A DNA stretch of 64,000 nucleotides from assembly GCF_006345805.1 (NCBI RefSeq), contig NC_042998.1:159278001-159342000 (forward strand). Direction: 5' to 3'. A program made the translations under genes and the position numbers. Positions 26,649 through 39,928 of the stretch are shown one piece after another. The notes under the pieces are model-generated. The model had not been told where the DNA came from and made no database searches. It saw only the letters and a program-made list of their open reading frames with translations. The first letter of the stretch is position 1, and each line of letters starts with the position of its first letter. The DNA is from Octopus sinensis. Its lineage: Eukaryota.

Positions 26649-27299
26649 CCATCATCATCATAAGCTGAAGTTTCTTAAATCGTAGCTCTGAATTCCATGT
26701 TGTCTGTTACTTTAATATTCCGAACAGTGATAAAATATACACGATAATATGCACAAAACCATTAAAATATGATTAGTCATTGCGATTTGATTGGTTGCTC
26801 CATCCCAAGAAACGTTAGAAAACACATCACACAATCATGTGTTCAATTGTTTATACACAGAACATTGATATTTTCTTCTATTCAGTGTAAAGCATAACAT
26901 CCCATTTTTCATGTCTTTAGTGTTATTTGTGTAAAGCACAAGCATGCAGGTTTTAGTGTTTTGGTGTTTCGGTGTTTCACTTCCTTGTATGACGAAGCAG
27001 GATTTGGTAAAACTATTACGTGAGAGAAATAAAATATTCTCGCCAACTAGTATTTGGAAATACTTCAGTAAATATCGGTGGAAATGTCTGGAAATATAAG
27101 CAAACTCCAATTGCACAAAGCCATTCTTCGAGAGACAAATTTTGCAACGCATATTCTGCATTGTACCTCTTTTATAAGTGTTACATATTATCAGTCTTTA
27201 AACTCCATATATATTTCGCTAGTGAGGTGACGAGTTGTCTTTCTGAGTGTCTGAATGCATACAAACATGTTGCGAGAAACTTATTTATCATTTAACCCG

Positions 27300-27943
27300 A
27301 TATAGCATTCCGTTTGGGAATGGAATAAGAAATATGTATATATGTATACATACAAAACGAGAGAAAGCAAAAAGTGAATACTTTCAGACGATAAATATTT
27401 AAGTATAAATACATAGATATTTATATTAATTTAAACAGAATACAAACGAGGAAGCGAAGGAAGAAAGATGTGATAAGTACAACAGTGTTTCTGGAGGGCT
27501 TGGAGATCCATCATAATGTTGGTAGATTTAGTTCATCAAAACTTGCAGCCGTAATGGAAGCAATTAACATTGGATAAATCGAGCCTCTTTCATTAGGGTT
27601 GAGAAGATCTTACATTCCAGATCATGATTTCACCTTTCAACTTCTGTGAATTATGGTCTGAAATAAGATTTTCTCTAACCTGATGACGGAGGCTCCATTT
27701 ATCCAATGTTGATTGCTTCCATTACGACTGTATGTTGTGATGAACTACATCTATCAATATTCTGATGGATCTCCGAGACCCCAGAAACAGCTATTGGACT
27801 TATAACACCTTTCTTCCTCCCATTTAATTTTCTCTGTCGCTTGTATTTTGTGCATGTTGGCTTTATCAGTATAAATATCTATGTATTTATACTTAAATAT
27901 TCATCGCCTGAAAGTCTTTACTATTTGCTTTCTCTCGTCTTGC

Positions 27944-27986
<43 letters not shown>

Positions 27987-28020
27987 CATATTTTGTATTT
28001 CATACCCAAACTGTAATATT
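27300..28020. repeat. ~720-bp degenerate palindrome centred near 27640
   Basis: 27486-27633 pairs with 27646-27789; 27359-27480 pairs with 27799-27940; the outer arms continue less perfectly. Confidence 0.75.
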
Positions 28021-28194
28021 TAATATATCTAATTTGTTTATCTGCATAACTGCCTCCATACCTGCTCAACTTGATCCCTCTTATAGCCATTCTTTACTCC
28101 GTGGAATTGATCCATGGTAAAGACATCGGAGTTTAAGTTTGAATCATTTGAGCGCTACTAAGTCTGCTATACTGAGAATATCTGGATCTCATCT

Positions 28195-28211
28195 ATCATA
28201 TATATATATAT

Positions 28212-28272
<61 letters not shown>

Positions 28273-28277
28273 GAGAG

Positions 28278-28321
<44 letters not shown>

Positions 28322-28322
28322 T

Positions 28323-28396
<74 letters not shown>

Positions 28397-28530
28397 AAGA
28401 TAGACAGACATACAGACAGAGAGACAAACAGACAGACAGATACATACATACATACATACATACATACATACATACATACATACATACATACATACATACA
28501 TACATACATACATACATACATCTAATACAG
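28195..28530. repeat. (GATA)n(GACA)n(TACA)n compound microsatellite
   Basis: Directly visible. Confidence 0.95.
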
Positions 28531-29158
28531 ACACACACTCACACCTATAATATATATCATATACCCTCTATAGATATCATTATATGTTTCTACAGGCTAC
28601 ATGTTTAAAGAAAGTGTTTTGCTAATCTTTTTCCTCACCGGACAGCAGAACTTCTATCAGAAAAAAAGCTGATAATATATACATTCTGGCAAATATGGAG
28701 AGCAAAAAACGGAAAATATCGTAAACAACCTAAACATAAATGATTCGATTACTATATCCTCTGCAAGTAAAGCATTTACATAAAAGTACACTTTTAGAGA
28801 TTAACAACAAAAATGTAATTCAAAGTCAAATTGAGATATGAGTTAACATTGATTGTAGTCACATATATCTCGCAAATGTAACGAAGATATTTCGTCGAGT
28901 AAACCCTTGGCGTCGTCCATGACGGTGAATAAACTCAAGTTCAGGGCGATAATATAATAATATATATGGATAATATGATAATATATAAACGATAAGCGGA
29001 ATTCGAAATAATAAAGAGAAATTATATATTAGCGAAGCACGTGCGCGCGTGCACAGAAACAGACGCACACGCACCGACACTGACATACCACTTGCATGCA
29101 TACTCACATACGCATATATATATATATGTATATGTATATATAGATATAGATATAGATA

Positions 29159-29235
<77 letters not shown>

Positions 29236-30059
29236 AATATTATATACAAGAATTGTATTTGCGTATGAAGTATATGAAAGTATATATACACATGCATTTC
29301 CAAGAAAGTTTATCTTATACATGTAAAAATATATACATAGATATATATACATAAGATACACACATATACATATAAATATACTTATATAGACAGATATAGA
29401 TACATACACACACACGCGCACACACACAGGCACACACATTCACACACACACACGCATACACACGCACACACAAACATACACACAAACATATATATATATA
29501 TATATATGCATGCCGTCATACATACAAATGTACCCAAGAAAACCCGCACATATGCGTGTATTGGTGTGCACACCAGCACCAGCAAATTTACGATGTTCGT
29601 AAAAGCAAAACATGATTGTAGTCTATTCGTGATGGAATGTTGGAAGGAAATTTATGCCTGTGGGAGAAAGTTTACGTTCGAAAATTACGTTAGTCATGTA
29701 GTTGTTTGTATCTCTCTGCCAATGTAGTTGTGTGTAGTTCTCTTCTTGTATGTGTATGTATGTGGGGTGCATGTGTGGGTGCGTGTGTGGGAGCGTGTGT
29801 GTGTGTGTGCGTGTGTGTGCATGTGTGTTTCCGTATATCTTTACATATTTTATATATCTACAAATTACATATACTTACTGAAGAATGTGCGTTTGCGTGC
29901 GTATCTATGTATGTACATATGTATGTATACATATACATTTATTTATGCATTTACATATAAGTATATATATATAATATAATATATATATATATATATATAT
30001 GTACATGCGTTCAGAGAGGTGAGACTGGGAAAGAGAGTGGCAGAGGAAGCAATAGGAAA

Positions 30060-30430
<371 letters not shown>

Positions 30431-30839
30431 GAAAGATTCAAAGTGTATAAAAGAAAAGATATAAATCTATAAGACAAAAAGAATGTGAGAAAGTACATTA
30501 AGACAAAACAGAGGAATAGACGCAAGCAAAGCCTAGCGGATACAGCTAATCTATGCAGGCTGAATGATTAATATAATCCAATAGTAGGTATTAAAGTACT
30601 TTGTAGATTACAGGTGGGGAGGAAAATGTTTGTTTAACCTGAACAAGCAAGCTTTCTGTGATCGCCGCGGCGTCTAACATGACGGTAGAAATGTTGTATA
30701 TTATGGCGGCGTGGCAAGAGAATGGGAAGGTTTGATGATAAGTTTTCGTGAAGGCATATATTTGTGTATTTGGGCATGTGTATATTTGAGCGTGTTTGTG
30801 TGCATGTTTATCTATATATCTATATAAGTATCTATGTAC

Positions 30840-30880
<41 letters not shown>

Positions 30881-31099
30881 GGTATGTATATACACAAATA
30901 CACACCACACACACACTCACACACACACACATGCATACATGCATGTATGTATGACTATATGTGCGTGAATCTATTTGTATTCCCCTCTGCCGCGTGGTAA
31001 CAAGTGTGATATTGTGTATGTCCCTGTCTTGTGTTACTAGCAGAGTGCATACAAGTATTGTAGAAAAGTCACACTTCGTTGAGTGAAACGAGTAAAAGT

Positions 31100-31136
<37 letters not shown>

Positions 31137-31356
31137 CACTGATGTGTCTGGGGAGAGTCGTTTTCTTTTTGTGCCTTATAAGTAACACACTCACCTTATT
31201 TTGTTTTTATTTCCTAAAGTTTTCGTTGCGTCTTGCAACCTTTTCAATAGTATTTTCAAATTTATATATAGATATTATATTTTGTGAAATTTGATTTAGT
31301 ATTTGTAAATTGAATTTTCCTGTAGTTTGGAATAATATTACCTATATATATATTAA

Positions 31357-31398
<42 letters not shown>

Positions 31399-31417
31399 TA
31401 TATATATATAATATATA

Positions 31418-31571
31418 GGAGTGGCTGTGTGGTAAGTAGCTTGCTAACCAGCCACATAGTTCCGGGTTCAGTCCCACTGCGTGGCACCTTGGGCAAGTGT
31501 CTTCTGCTATAGCCCCGGGCCGACAATGCTTGTGAGTGGATTTGGTAGACGGAAACTGAAAGAAGCCTGTC

Positions 31572-31608
<37 letters not shown>

Positions 31609-31830
31609 TGTGTGTGTGTGTCTGTGTTTGTCCCCCTAGCATTGCATTACGACCGATACTGGTGTGTTTACGTCCCCGTCACTTAGCGGTTCGGCAAAAG
31701 AGACCGATAGAATAAGTACTGGGCTTACAAAGAATAAGTCCCGGGGTCGATTTGCTCGACTAAAGGCGGTGCTCCAGCATGGTCGCAGTCAAATGACTGA
31801 AACAAGTAAAAGAGTAAAAGAGTAAAAGAG
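31418..31830 (+). mobile_element. tRNA-derived SINE family A, full-length and well preserved
   Basis: GGAGTGGCTGTGTGGTAAG (A box)...GGTTCAGTCCC (B box), internal (TA)n(TG)n, (GAGTAAAA)3 tail. Confidence 0.85.
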
Positions 31831-32139
31831 TATATATATATATATAATTGAATCGCAAGACTGCCTTCTGGACTGCTCCCTGGTTGGTGGTGAATGATGC
31901 AATGACATCAGATGCATCGCAGAGTGCAGAAAGCCTCATCAGGTGACGTAACGTGTAGATCTTATAGCTATTGAAGCATGTTACGTCTTGATGAGGCTAG
32001 TTGCACCCCAACCTCCCTATCAATCATTTATAATACACTCAACGTGCATCTTGGAATTCCTGACGTGATCGAGTAACGAAAGCGCAGTAATGTGGATGAC
32101 GTCAGGTAGCCAGAAGTGGTGAACGTGCTCTACAGGCAC

Positions 32140-32905
32140 ACTACCTGGAAAATAACACATTTTTCTTCAATGGAAAGAATTACATCCAAATTAAAGGCAC
32201 TACCAAGTAGTAGAGGAAAACTATAGCACTGAATTTAGAAAATACATTGAAAGGCATGGAAGAGATACCATGACGATTGTTTCATAATCTAAACAGAATC
32301 TCCAAATACTCTGGAAGAGTTCAATATCCTCTTGAACAACCTATACCCATCTCTCCAATTTACAAAGGAGATGAGTAGTATCAAATTACCATTCCTAAAT
32401 ATAATGGTAATTAAAAAGGACACCACCATTACCACAGATGTATACTATAAACACAGGGGTACACATCAATACCTGAATTTCAAGTCATGCCATCCATCAC
32501 ATACAAGACGCAACATCCCATACTGCCTAACCAGAAGAATTTTTACCATTGCAGAAGATGCGAATACGAGGAATAAGCACCTAACAGAACTAAGAGAATT
32601 TTGCTCAAGCAAAAATACCTGTCACTACTTATAGAAAATAGCATGCAGCGGGCTATAAAAATACCCATACCGCAACTGAGGGTAACCCAAAGAAGAGGAA
32701 AACAGGAACAAGTCATTCCATTTATAGTGACACATAACCCATATCACGAGAATATCTTAGCATTGCCAAAGCAAACCTACCAATCATTGCTCAAAGTAAT
32801 GAATTTAAAAGATATAATCACAGATCGAGATATGGTTCTTAGTAAAAAACTATTAACAAAGGCAAAGTTTGATCTTAGCAACAAAGACCAATCATTCACT
32901 GTATC
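32140..32905 (+). pseudogene. Penelope-like (Neptune-like) RT fragment
   Basis: ENNTF.FNGKNYIQIKGT; WKRYHDDCFII; LQFTKEMSSIKLPFLN...TDVYYK..THQYLNFKSCHPSHTRRNIPY (32332-32634); IPFIVTHNP (32601 ORF). Confidence 0.85.
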
Positions 32906-33583
32906 TGCTGCTGCGACCACTACCACTAATAACAACAACAATACTAAAGGTGCCCATGATGACGATAGCAGGAAAATATCAGCTAAGTCAAGAGAAAAGT
33001 CAGTAAACATAATCTTATTTTGGGGTTTAAAGTTATATTACCACAGCTACTCCTACCACCAACAACACCAACAACACCAACGGCAACAACAACAACGACG
33101 ACGACGGCGATGACAACAATAATAAAGGAGATGATAATAGCGATGATAATTAAAATGTAAAAATCGTCGGGAAGTGTTGTTTACAACATCTTAATAGCTC
33201 ACAACTACTGCTTTATACAGGTCTCTTGACATGTTCAACAAACTGTGAAGCCTAAACCAAACACCAACTTAAGTAATTCAGTAAAATCACACACTGATTG
33301 GTCAGAATACAGTTTGCAAAAATTAACATTCTGGAACCTATACAGTTTAGCCAACTCGCCACAGTTGTAAATTGTAAAAGCATAGCTGTCACCATTACTA
33401 CATGAACCTGAAGATTGTATAGTTTAGTGCATGAACGTACTAGTTCAATCAGAATGGACATTTAATATTCTATCATTTCATTATATTGTATTATCTTATA
33501 TTATTATAAGATTGTAAATAAATGAGAAAATCAAAGTTGGAATTTCTTTGAGTAATATATTCTTCTATACACAATCATACACA

Positions 33584-33618
<35 letters not shown>

Positions 33619-33674
33619 TGGTGTGTGAGTGTGTGTGTGTGTGTGGTGTGTGTGTGTGGTGTGTGTGTATTATT

Positions 33675-33872
33675 CTTTTACTTCTTTCAGTCATTAGACT
33701 GCACAAGGCTGGGGCACCGCCTTGAATTTTTAACCCAATGGATCGACCCCAGTATTTACTTTTTGTGCCTGGTACTTATTCTATCGAGGTTTTTTTTTTT
33801 CGCCGAACCCCTAAGTTATGGGGACATAAATACACCAATACCGGTTGTCAAATGGTGGTAGTGGGACAAAGA
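33675..33872 (-). mobile_element. SINE family A, 3' half
   Basis: Reverse complement of the family A tail and body. Confidence 0.7.
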
Positions 33873-34190
33873 CACCGTTAGGTTATTAGATGTTATATTT
33901 CCAAATTATCTCAACAGACTGAGATAATTTGGAACTATAACATCTAATAACCTAACAGTATGTCTTTTCTACTCCTCTGATGAGATTTTGCCCAATACAA
34001 TGATTTAATTATTATAATTTAATCTTTGGGCAAGGGAATGTGTTAGTTTATACGGTTAATAAATTATATTAATGTTACATCTCCATTTCCTGTATTGTAT
34101 TATATATGTGTTTGTGTGTGTGTATATATATATATGAAATAAATATATAGTATAAAATATATAATGTATATACACACACACACACACACG

Positions 34191-34257
<67 letters not shown>

Positions 34258-34262
<5 letters not shown>

Positions 34263-34615
34263 CTCCATCGGTTACGACGACGAGGGTTCCAGCCTGCTCG
34301 TGAAATAAGCGTGCAAATTGTTGAGCACTGCGCAGACACGTGTACCCTTAACGTAGTTCTCGGGGAGATTCCGCGTGACACAGAGTGTGACAAGAGTGAC
34401 CCTATGAAATACAGGTACAACAGAAACAGGAAGAAAGAGTGAGAGAAAGTTGTGTTGAAGGAGTACAGCAGGGTTCGCCACCACCCGCTGCCGGAGCCTC
34501 GTGGAGCTTTAGACGTTTTTGCTCAATAAACACTCACGGAGCCTGGTCTGGGAATCGAAACCGCGATCCTATGACCACGAGTCTGCTGCCCTAACTACTG
34601 GGCCATTGCGCCTCC
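34258..34615 (-). mobile_element. tRNA-derived SINE related to family C
   Basis: Minus-strand head GGAGGCGCAATGGCCCAGTAGTTAGGGCAG...GGTTTCGATTCCC (A and B boxes); tail GTCGTAACCGATGGAGTGCCA. Confidence 0.75.
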
Positions 34616-34644
34616 ACACACACAAACACATATACACAAACACA

Positions 34645-34713
<69 letters not shown>

Positions 34714-35164
34714 CAGTGAAAAGAAGACAAGCAAAATTCTTTAACACATCTTTAATTATAAGTTACACATGTTTCCGTACCATCTCCAATTGCATCTCCA
34801 GCTTATGCGAACATTCTAAAAGAGAAATTACGTAATACATGCAGTTTTGGGCATTGGAGAGGCATTATCCTCAGATTTGCATCAAAGACATGCTATTACA
34901 TTCTGCGTCTATCAGACCTGGTTGTTATGAAAGGTCTGATAGATGCACAATGTAATAGCATGTCTTTGATGCAAGTCTTCTTTTCTCTTTTCATTGTCTA
35001 CTTTTCATTGGACTATTTATTCTTCACCAAACTATGTGACGGCATACTTGGATTTCTACACCAGAGTTCCAGCCTTAGCTTGGATCTCAACAGTGTTGAT
35101 AGCCCAGTATTCTGGTTGAGTGCTTCTCTGGAAACCCAACATCACACCCAACTGACTTTATATG

Positions 35165-35196
<32 letters not shown>

Positions 35197-35288
35197 ATTA
35201 TTATATATATATTATATTATATATTATATATTATATATTATATATATATATATATATTATATATTATATATATATATATTATATATAT

Positions 35289-35352
<64 letters not shown>

Positions 35353-35374
35353 TATATGTATGTAAATAACATAA

Positions 35375-36176
35375 ACTTAGATTCATCACTGAAATGCACC
35401 GTTCGCCATTTTTCTTGAGACCACAACACATGTTCGGTTGCAAAGGTAAGACGACACATTTTTGGAGCTGATCAGTGGCTTCACTGCTGGTGATCTTGCT
35501 TGTAGGTTATGTTCAACTAAACGATGAGACAAGTTTTTCGAGATAGCGTTTTCTTCAGTACAATGCTCATTTCTCGAGAAACAGCAGCAGCAGTTTTAAA
35601 TCTGTCCTTTTTAACCAACTGTACCATAGCACGATCTTCTCTCTTGGTCGTTTTTCTTGGCCTATCTGTAGACTTTCTTGCTTCACACGAACCACATTCA
35701 TCGAAGACCTTAAGAATACCGTGAACAACACTTTTTGACTTGTTAACAATCTTTGCAATAGACCCAATACTTAAATTATCCTTCTTTCGAAGCTTAATAA
35801 TCTGCTGACGAATTGATAACGGAGTAAGTGGCATTATATTAAAAAAGTACACTGCAGATATTCTTACTAATGTTTAGTAAACGAACCGTCACGTAAAAAA
35901 ATTCAAAACATTAGAGTTCGACGGTTAAATATACTAAAACGTGGAGTAAAAGCAACCGTTCTGATCATTTTGGCCGCCATGGGTTTTGCAGTAAATCACT
36001 AAATCATTCATAACTTTTGTATTATCCTCTCAAATTACACCAAAATCTCAGACAATAACAATTAATATCGTATTTATTGTCTGTGAAAATTATAGAATAT
36101 AAAACAACTTTGATAAAAACTTATACCTACTTTTCTGACGAAAACAATGCCGTTCTGAACATTTTGGCCGCAACTG
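35375..36176 (-). mobile_element. Tc1-family transposon, 5' half (IR/DR-type left end + truncated transposase)
   Basis: TA|CAGTTGCGGCCAAAA terminus at 36176, inner direct repeat at ~35955-35978. ORF 35517-35852 has paired-like HTH + GRPRKTT-like motif (DRPRKTT); FATEHVLWSQEKWRTVHFSDESKF (first catalytic D) is cut by a (TA)n tract. Confidence 0.85.
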
Positions 36177-36189
36177 TAAATCTTGACAG

Positions 36190-36600
36190 CTTTGTCTCTA
36201 TTACATATCCGCTATACTCATCTGGAACATGGATCCTGTTTCCACGACACACCAAAATTTTCGAGAGATTACACCGGAGGTGTCTAAAGCATACACTACA
36301 CGTCTGTTAGAAATTTGTTACACCTGGCACAGAAATGCTAGGAAAGACGACCTGTTTCAATATGTTCATGAAAAAGATTTTGTGAACATCAGCACTATTC
36401 ATTGAGAACTCATACGAAACAAATTAATGACGGTTTATAACAAGGAGTAACAATAGCCCGTTGTTGAGGTGAATTGGAAACACCATACGATACTAAAACA
36501 TTATATCCAGAAATTGTAGGATGTTGAAGCTCTGTACGGCTGAGACTACAGGGATAATCTCACTGGCGTAGTTATTAATTGCATTACTTTCAAAATCCAT
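36190..36600 (+). pseudogene. Degraded RTE-clade LINE C-terminal fragment
   Basis: PLYSSGTWILFPRHTKIFERLHRRCLKHTL matches the RTE pattern LLYGSETW...HIK.LERFHQRCLR.IL. Confidence 0.55.
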
Positions 36601-36783
36601 TCTTATTATCCATGAAATGTCTCATATCGGCGGACGATCGCAACGTGTTTATATGTATACGGCTCAAACATTCCCGAGGGAGTACTCCTGTCTTATATTT
36701 CTAAATTTGTAGTACAGAGTTTGCAGTTTTCGGTGGTCTTATTCACATCAGGCACTAAGCTGATATTTGCATTTGACCCACGA

Positions 36784-36834
<51 letters not shown>

Positions 36835-37753
36835 ACACTCATACATATATGTAAATACATCGTGGTTTCAGGTTCAATCTAGAGACCGCATAATTGAGAT
36901 GTGCTCATAGCTTTCATAGACGTCATGAGGACGCTAAGAGGGATGCCATTAACATCTTTCTTACAAAGTTACAAGTCGATGGCTGCAGGAGAAACATATG
37001 CAGGGAAATGATTTTAGAGTGTTAATTTTCTGGAGTAGCTTAGGTGATTATGGTTAGACCTAAAGAGGAGCACAGTATGGATGACAAGATGAGGAGAATG
37101 TATGAGCGAGAGCGTCTGTGTGGCGGTGAGACGAGATCAATCAGACTGGAAGGATAAAAAATAAAGGTACTATGGGCAGAAAGAGGATATACAAGAGATT
37201 GGAGTTTGTTGCTGAGCATTTTTATGCTAAACAGTTAAGTGGCCTCTCTTTGGATACTGTCTAGGTGTTTATATATGTAAAACTTCTTCATTCCAGATAA
37301 AAGAACAGCACTTAATCGTGACTCTCACTTGAAAATTGTAGAGAGTTAGTGCCATTGTTGTTTTCTTGTATTTTCAAACTGAATAGAAAAGTCAGTTTTC
37401 GTGATGCAGTTTTGGTTATTGGGGATGTGCGTTCAGTACCTGAAACATGTACCTCTCTTGAGATATTCTTAATTACCCTTGTTGGCTTAAACCTGTTCGG
37501 CTTGATTCAATTTAATTGCACAACTTAAGCAATGTAATATGATCCAACAAAAGAGCGCATACACAATCATCGATCTAAAAAAGATAGCATTTTCCAAAAC
37601 AAATTCATCTGCAGCTCTAAATCAATGTAAAAGGATCGAAAAAGGGCAACTACTAAGTGATCTCTCAAACTGATCGGGGTAACATAGGCCAACTAATGAG
37701 TTACTTTATAATCACTCAGCTTGGTCAATCTAGTAGCAAAATTTTCTTTTAAC

Positions 37754-38015
37754 AAATTCCAGACTATACAGTTCTATATTTAAAAGATGGGGAATTATGT
37801 ACATTATTTACATTATTTACACTCGACGGATATTTGTCCTCTTCTTGTTTGTTGTTAACACAACATACCTTAGGAATGAGAACCCAGGTTCGAAATTTCC
37901 CCAAGACATCTGAAGAAGGCTGGAGGCTATATCAGCCGAAACGTGTTAACAACAAACAAGATGAGGACAAATATCCGTCGAATGTAAATAATGTAAATAA
38001 TGTAAATTCCAGACT
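37754..38015. mobile_element. PLE pseudo-LTR fold-back with disrupted hammerhead (37905-37950, plus) and 12-bp flanking direct repeat
   Basis: The left part (to ~37864) is the reverse complement of the post-hammerhead tail. The right part is gacat CTGAAGA aggctg...cagcc GAAA CGT + tail. AAATTCCAGACT occurs at 37754-37765 and 38004-38015. Confidence 0.7.
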
Positions 38016-38133
38016 GTTCTTAAATTAATGACTCCCTGCTACAAACACTGTAGTATATATCTATAGGTTCTTAACCAACACTGTATAGACAGATCTAAGC
38101 ACTGTCTTTACAGCATTTTCATGAGTAGATTGT

Positions 38134-38197
<64 letters not shown>

Positions 38198-38335
38198 CGC
38201 GTTGGCGTATAGGCAACAAGTACAAGTAAGCAGCAGCATTGCTAGAAATAAAAGTAAAAAAACAACTCTTTGCCACGTGAGAGCACTTTTCTAACGGCTG
38301 ACAAGGGAGACAATCTCCTTACGACAAGCGAGGTG

Positions 38336-38385
38336 GAGTCATATCAGTGCTAATTTCAGATTTAATCAATCTTCATCAGTGACCC
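38336..38385 (-). ncRNA. Type I hammerhead ribozyme, apparently intact (AUA triplet)
   Basis: gggtca CTGATGA agatt-gatta-aatct GAAA ttagcactga T A tgactc: 6-bp stem I, 5-bp stem II, 4-5-bp stem III, canonical core. Confidence 0.75.
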
Positions 38386-38720
38386 ATTACTCTATCGCCA
38401 AGGGTTAAAGAACCTAACTCACCTTGTCTGTCTTATAGAGAACACCATAGGAAACATCGACTGATTTCGAAAATGGTGAAGTGAGAATCATAAATTATTA
38501 AGGTGACTATTTGCAATTTAGAATCGATAGGCAACAACTACAGTGATCACTTTAGCGACGGCTGTGCTTGTTGCCTACTTGTGCTCACTAGCACACTCTG
38601 ACACTTTAGTGGCGACTGTACTCGTTGCCTATCGGTTCTAAACTGAGAATAGCCACCGTCGCCATGATAAATCGTTAGCCACTACACACATTTTTTTCTC
38701 TCCTTGTATTTTCTGTGTCC

Positions 38721-38756
38721 CTTTCTGTAGAAGAGCGTAGGCTCGAAACGTAAAAG
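38721..38756 (+). ncRNA. Minimal hammerhead-like motif with variant core CUGUAGA
   Basis: cttt CTGTAGA a gagc-gtag-gctc GAAA CGT A aaag: all three stems pair perfectly, but position 6 is U instead of A. Confidence 0.55.
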
Positions 38757-38864
38757 ACTTTTTCTATTCCTGAGCGTTATACTATTATACATGTTTGTTT
38801 TGTACACCACCTGTCTTCGTCTTTTGTTTTTTTCGTAAACTCTCCCTATATATATATATATATA

Positions 38865-39094
38865 TTCTTTTATTCTTTTATTCTTTTACTTGCTGCAGTC
38901 ATTTGACTGCGGCCAAACTGGAGCACCGTTTCTAAGGGTTTTAGTCGAATAAATCGACCCCAGACCAATTTTAAAGCCCGGAACTTATTCTATCGGGCTC
39001 TTTTGCCGAAACGCTAAGTTACGGGGACGTAAACGCACACCACCGGTTGTCAAGCAACCTACTTCCACACATACACGACTGTGCTTTGTACATA

Positions 39095-39166
<72 letters not shown>

Positions 39167-39390
39167 TATATATGCTATATATACTATATATATATCTGTA
39201 TATATGTCTGTGTCTGCGTGTCTTTATGTCTGTGTTTGTACCCCCACCACCACTTGACAACCGGCGTTGGTGTGTTTATGTCGCCATAATTTAACGGTTC
39301 GGCAAAAGACACTGATAGAATAAGTAACAGGCTTAAAAAGTAAGTACTGGGGTCGTTGCCCCGGTATGACTGCAGTCAAATGATTGGATA
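38865..39390. mobile_element. Two SINE family A 3' halves in opposite orientation (38865-39060 minus; 39215-39390 plus) around a (TA)n tract
   Basis: Family A body and tail on each strand. Confidence 0.7.
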
Positions 39391-39897
39391 GAAACGTTCA
39401 TTAACTAAAATAGCTTGAAAAAATGAGTTACGTATGCAAATTAGTTTATTCGTCTGCTTAAGCCCTCGATCACAGTGAGCTTAAGTGTATAAGCAGTGTC
39501 CCCTTGAATACTTAAAGAGGGCTCACAATTGCTGATGAAAATCCCAACATGGGGTTCACACTAGCTTAATTTATTCACGCTTTTCTGTCCACTGAAGATA
39601 TTATCCATGACGACAAGATATTTACATATGTTTATACATGCAGTGTCGGTAAAATGATTATAGTTATATTCGGTAGAACAATAAAGAAATGTTAGTGTAG
39701 AGTAATACTGTTTGTGAAAACTAGGACTGATCTGTTACGGCAAAAATTAGTTGAGTAATTTTGCAAAATTGAATGATTTATGTAAAGCTTTTTTATTATA
39801 AACTGGCTGAAACATATAAATGAATAAAAAAGAAACATCAACCAACTACTTGTTGTTGTTGTTGTTGTTGTTGTGTTGTTGTTGTTGTTGTTGTTGT

Positions 39898-39928
<31 letters not shown>

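Noticed and set aside
31915-32000. Inverted repeat with CTGATGA/TTGATGA
   Set aside because: No GAAA-stem III-NUH half can be found on either strand.
34760-34810. Hammerhead-like CTGGAGA...GAAACATGT on minus
   Set aside because: Core mutated and stem I register ambiguous.
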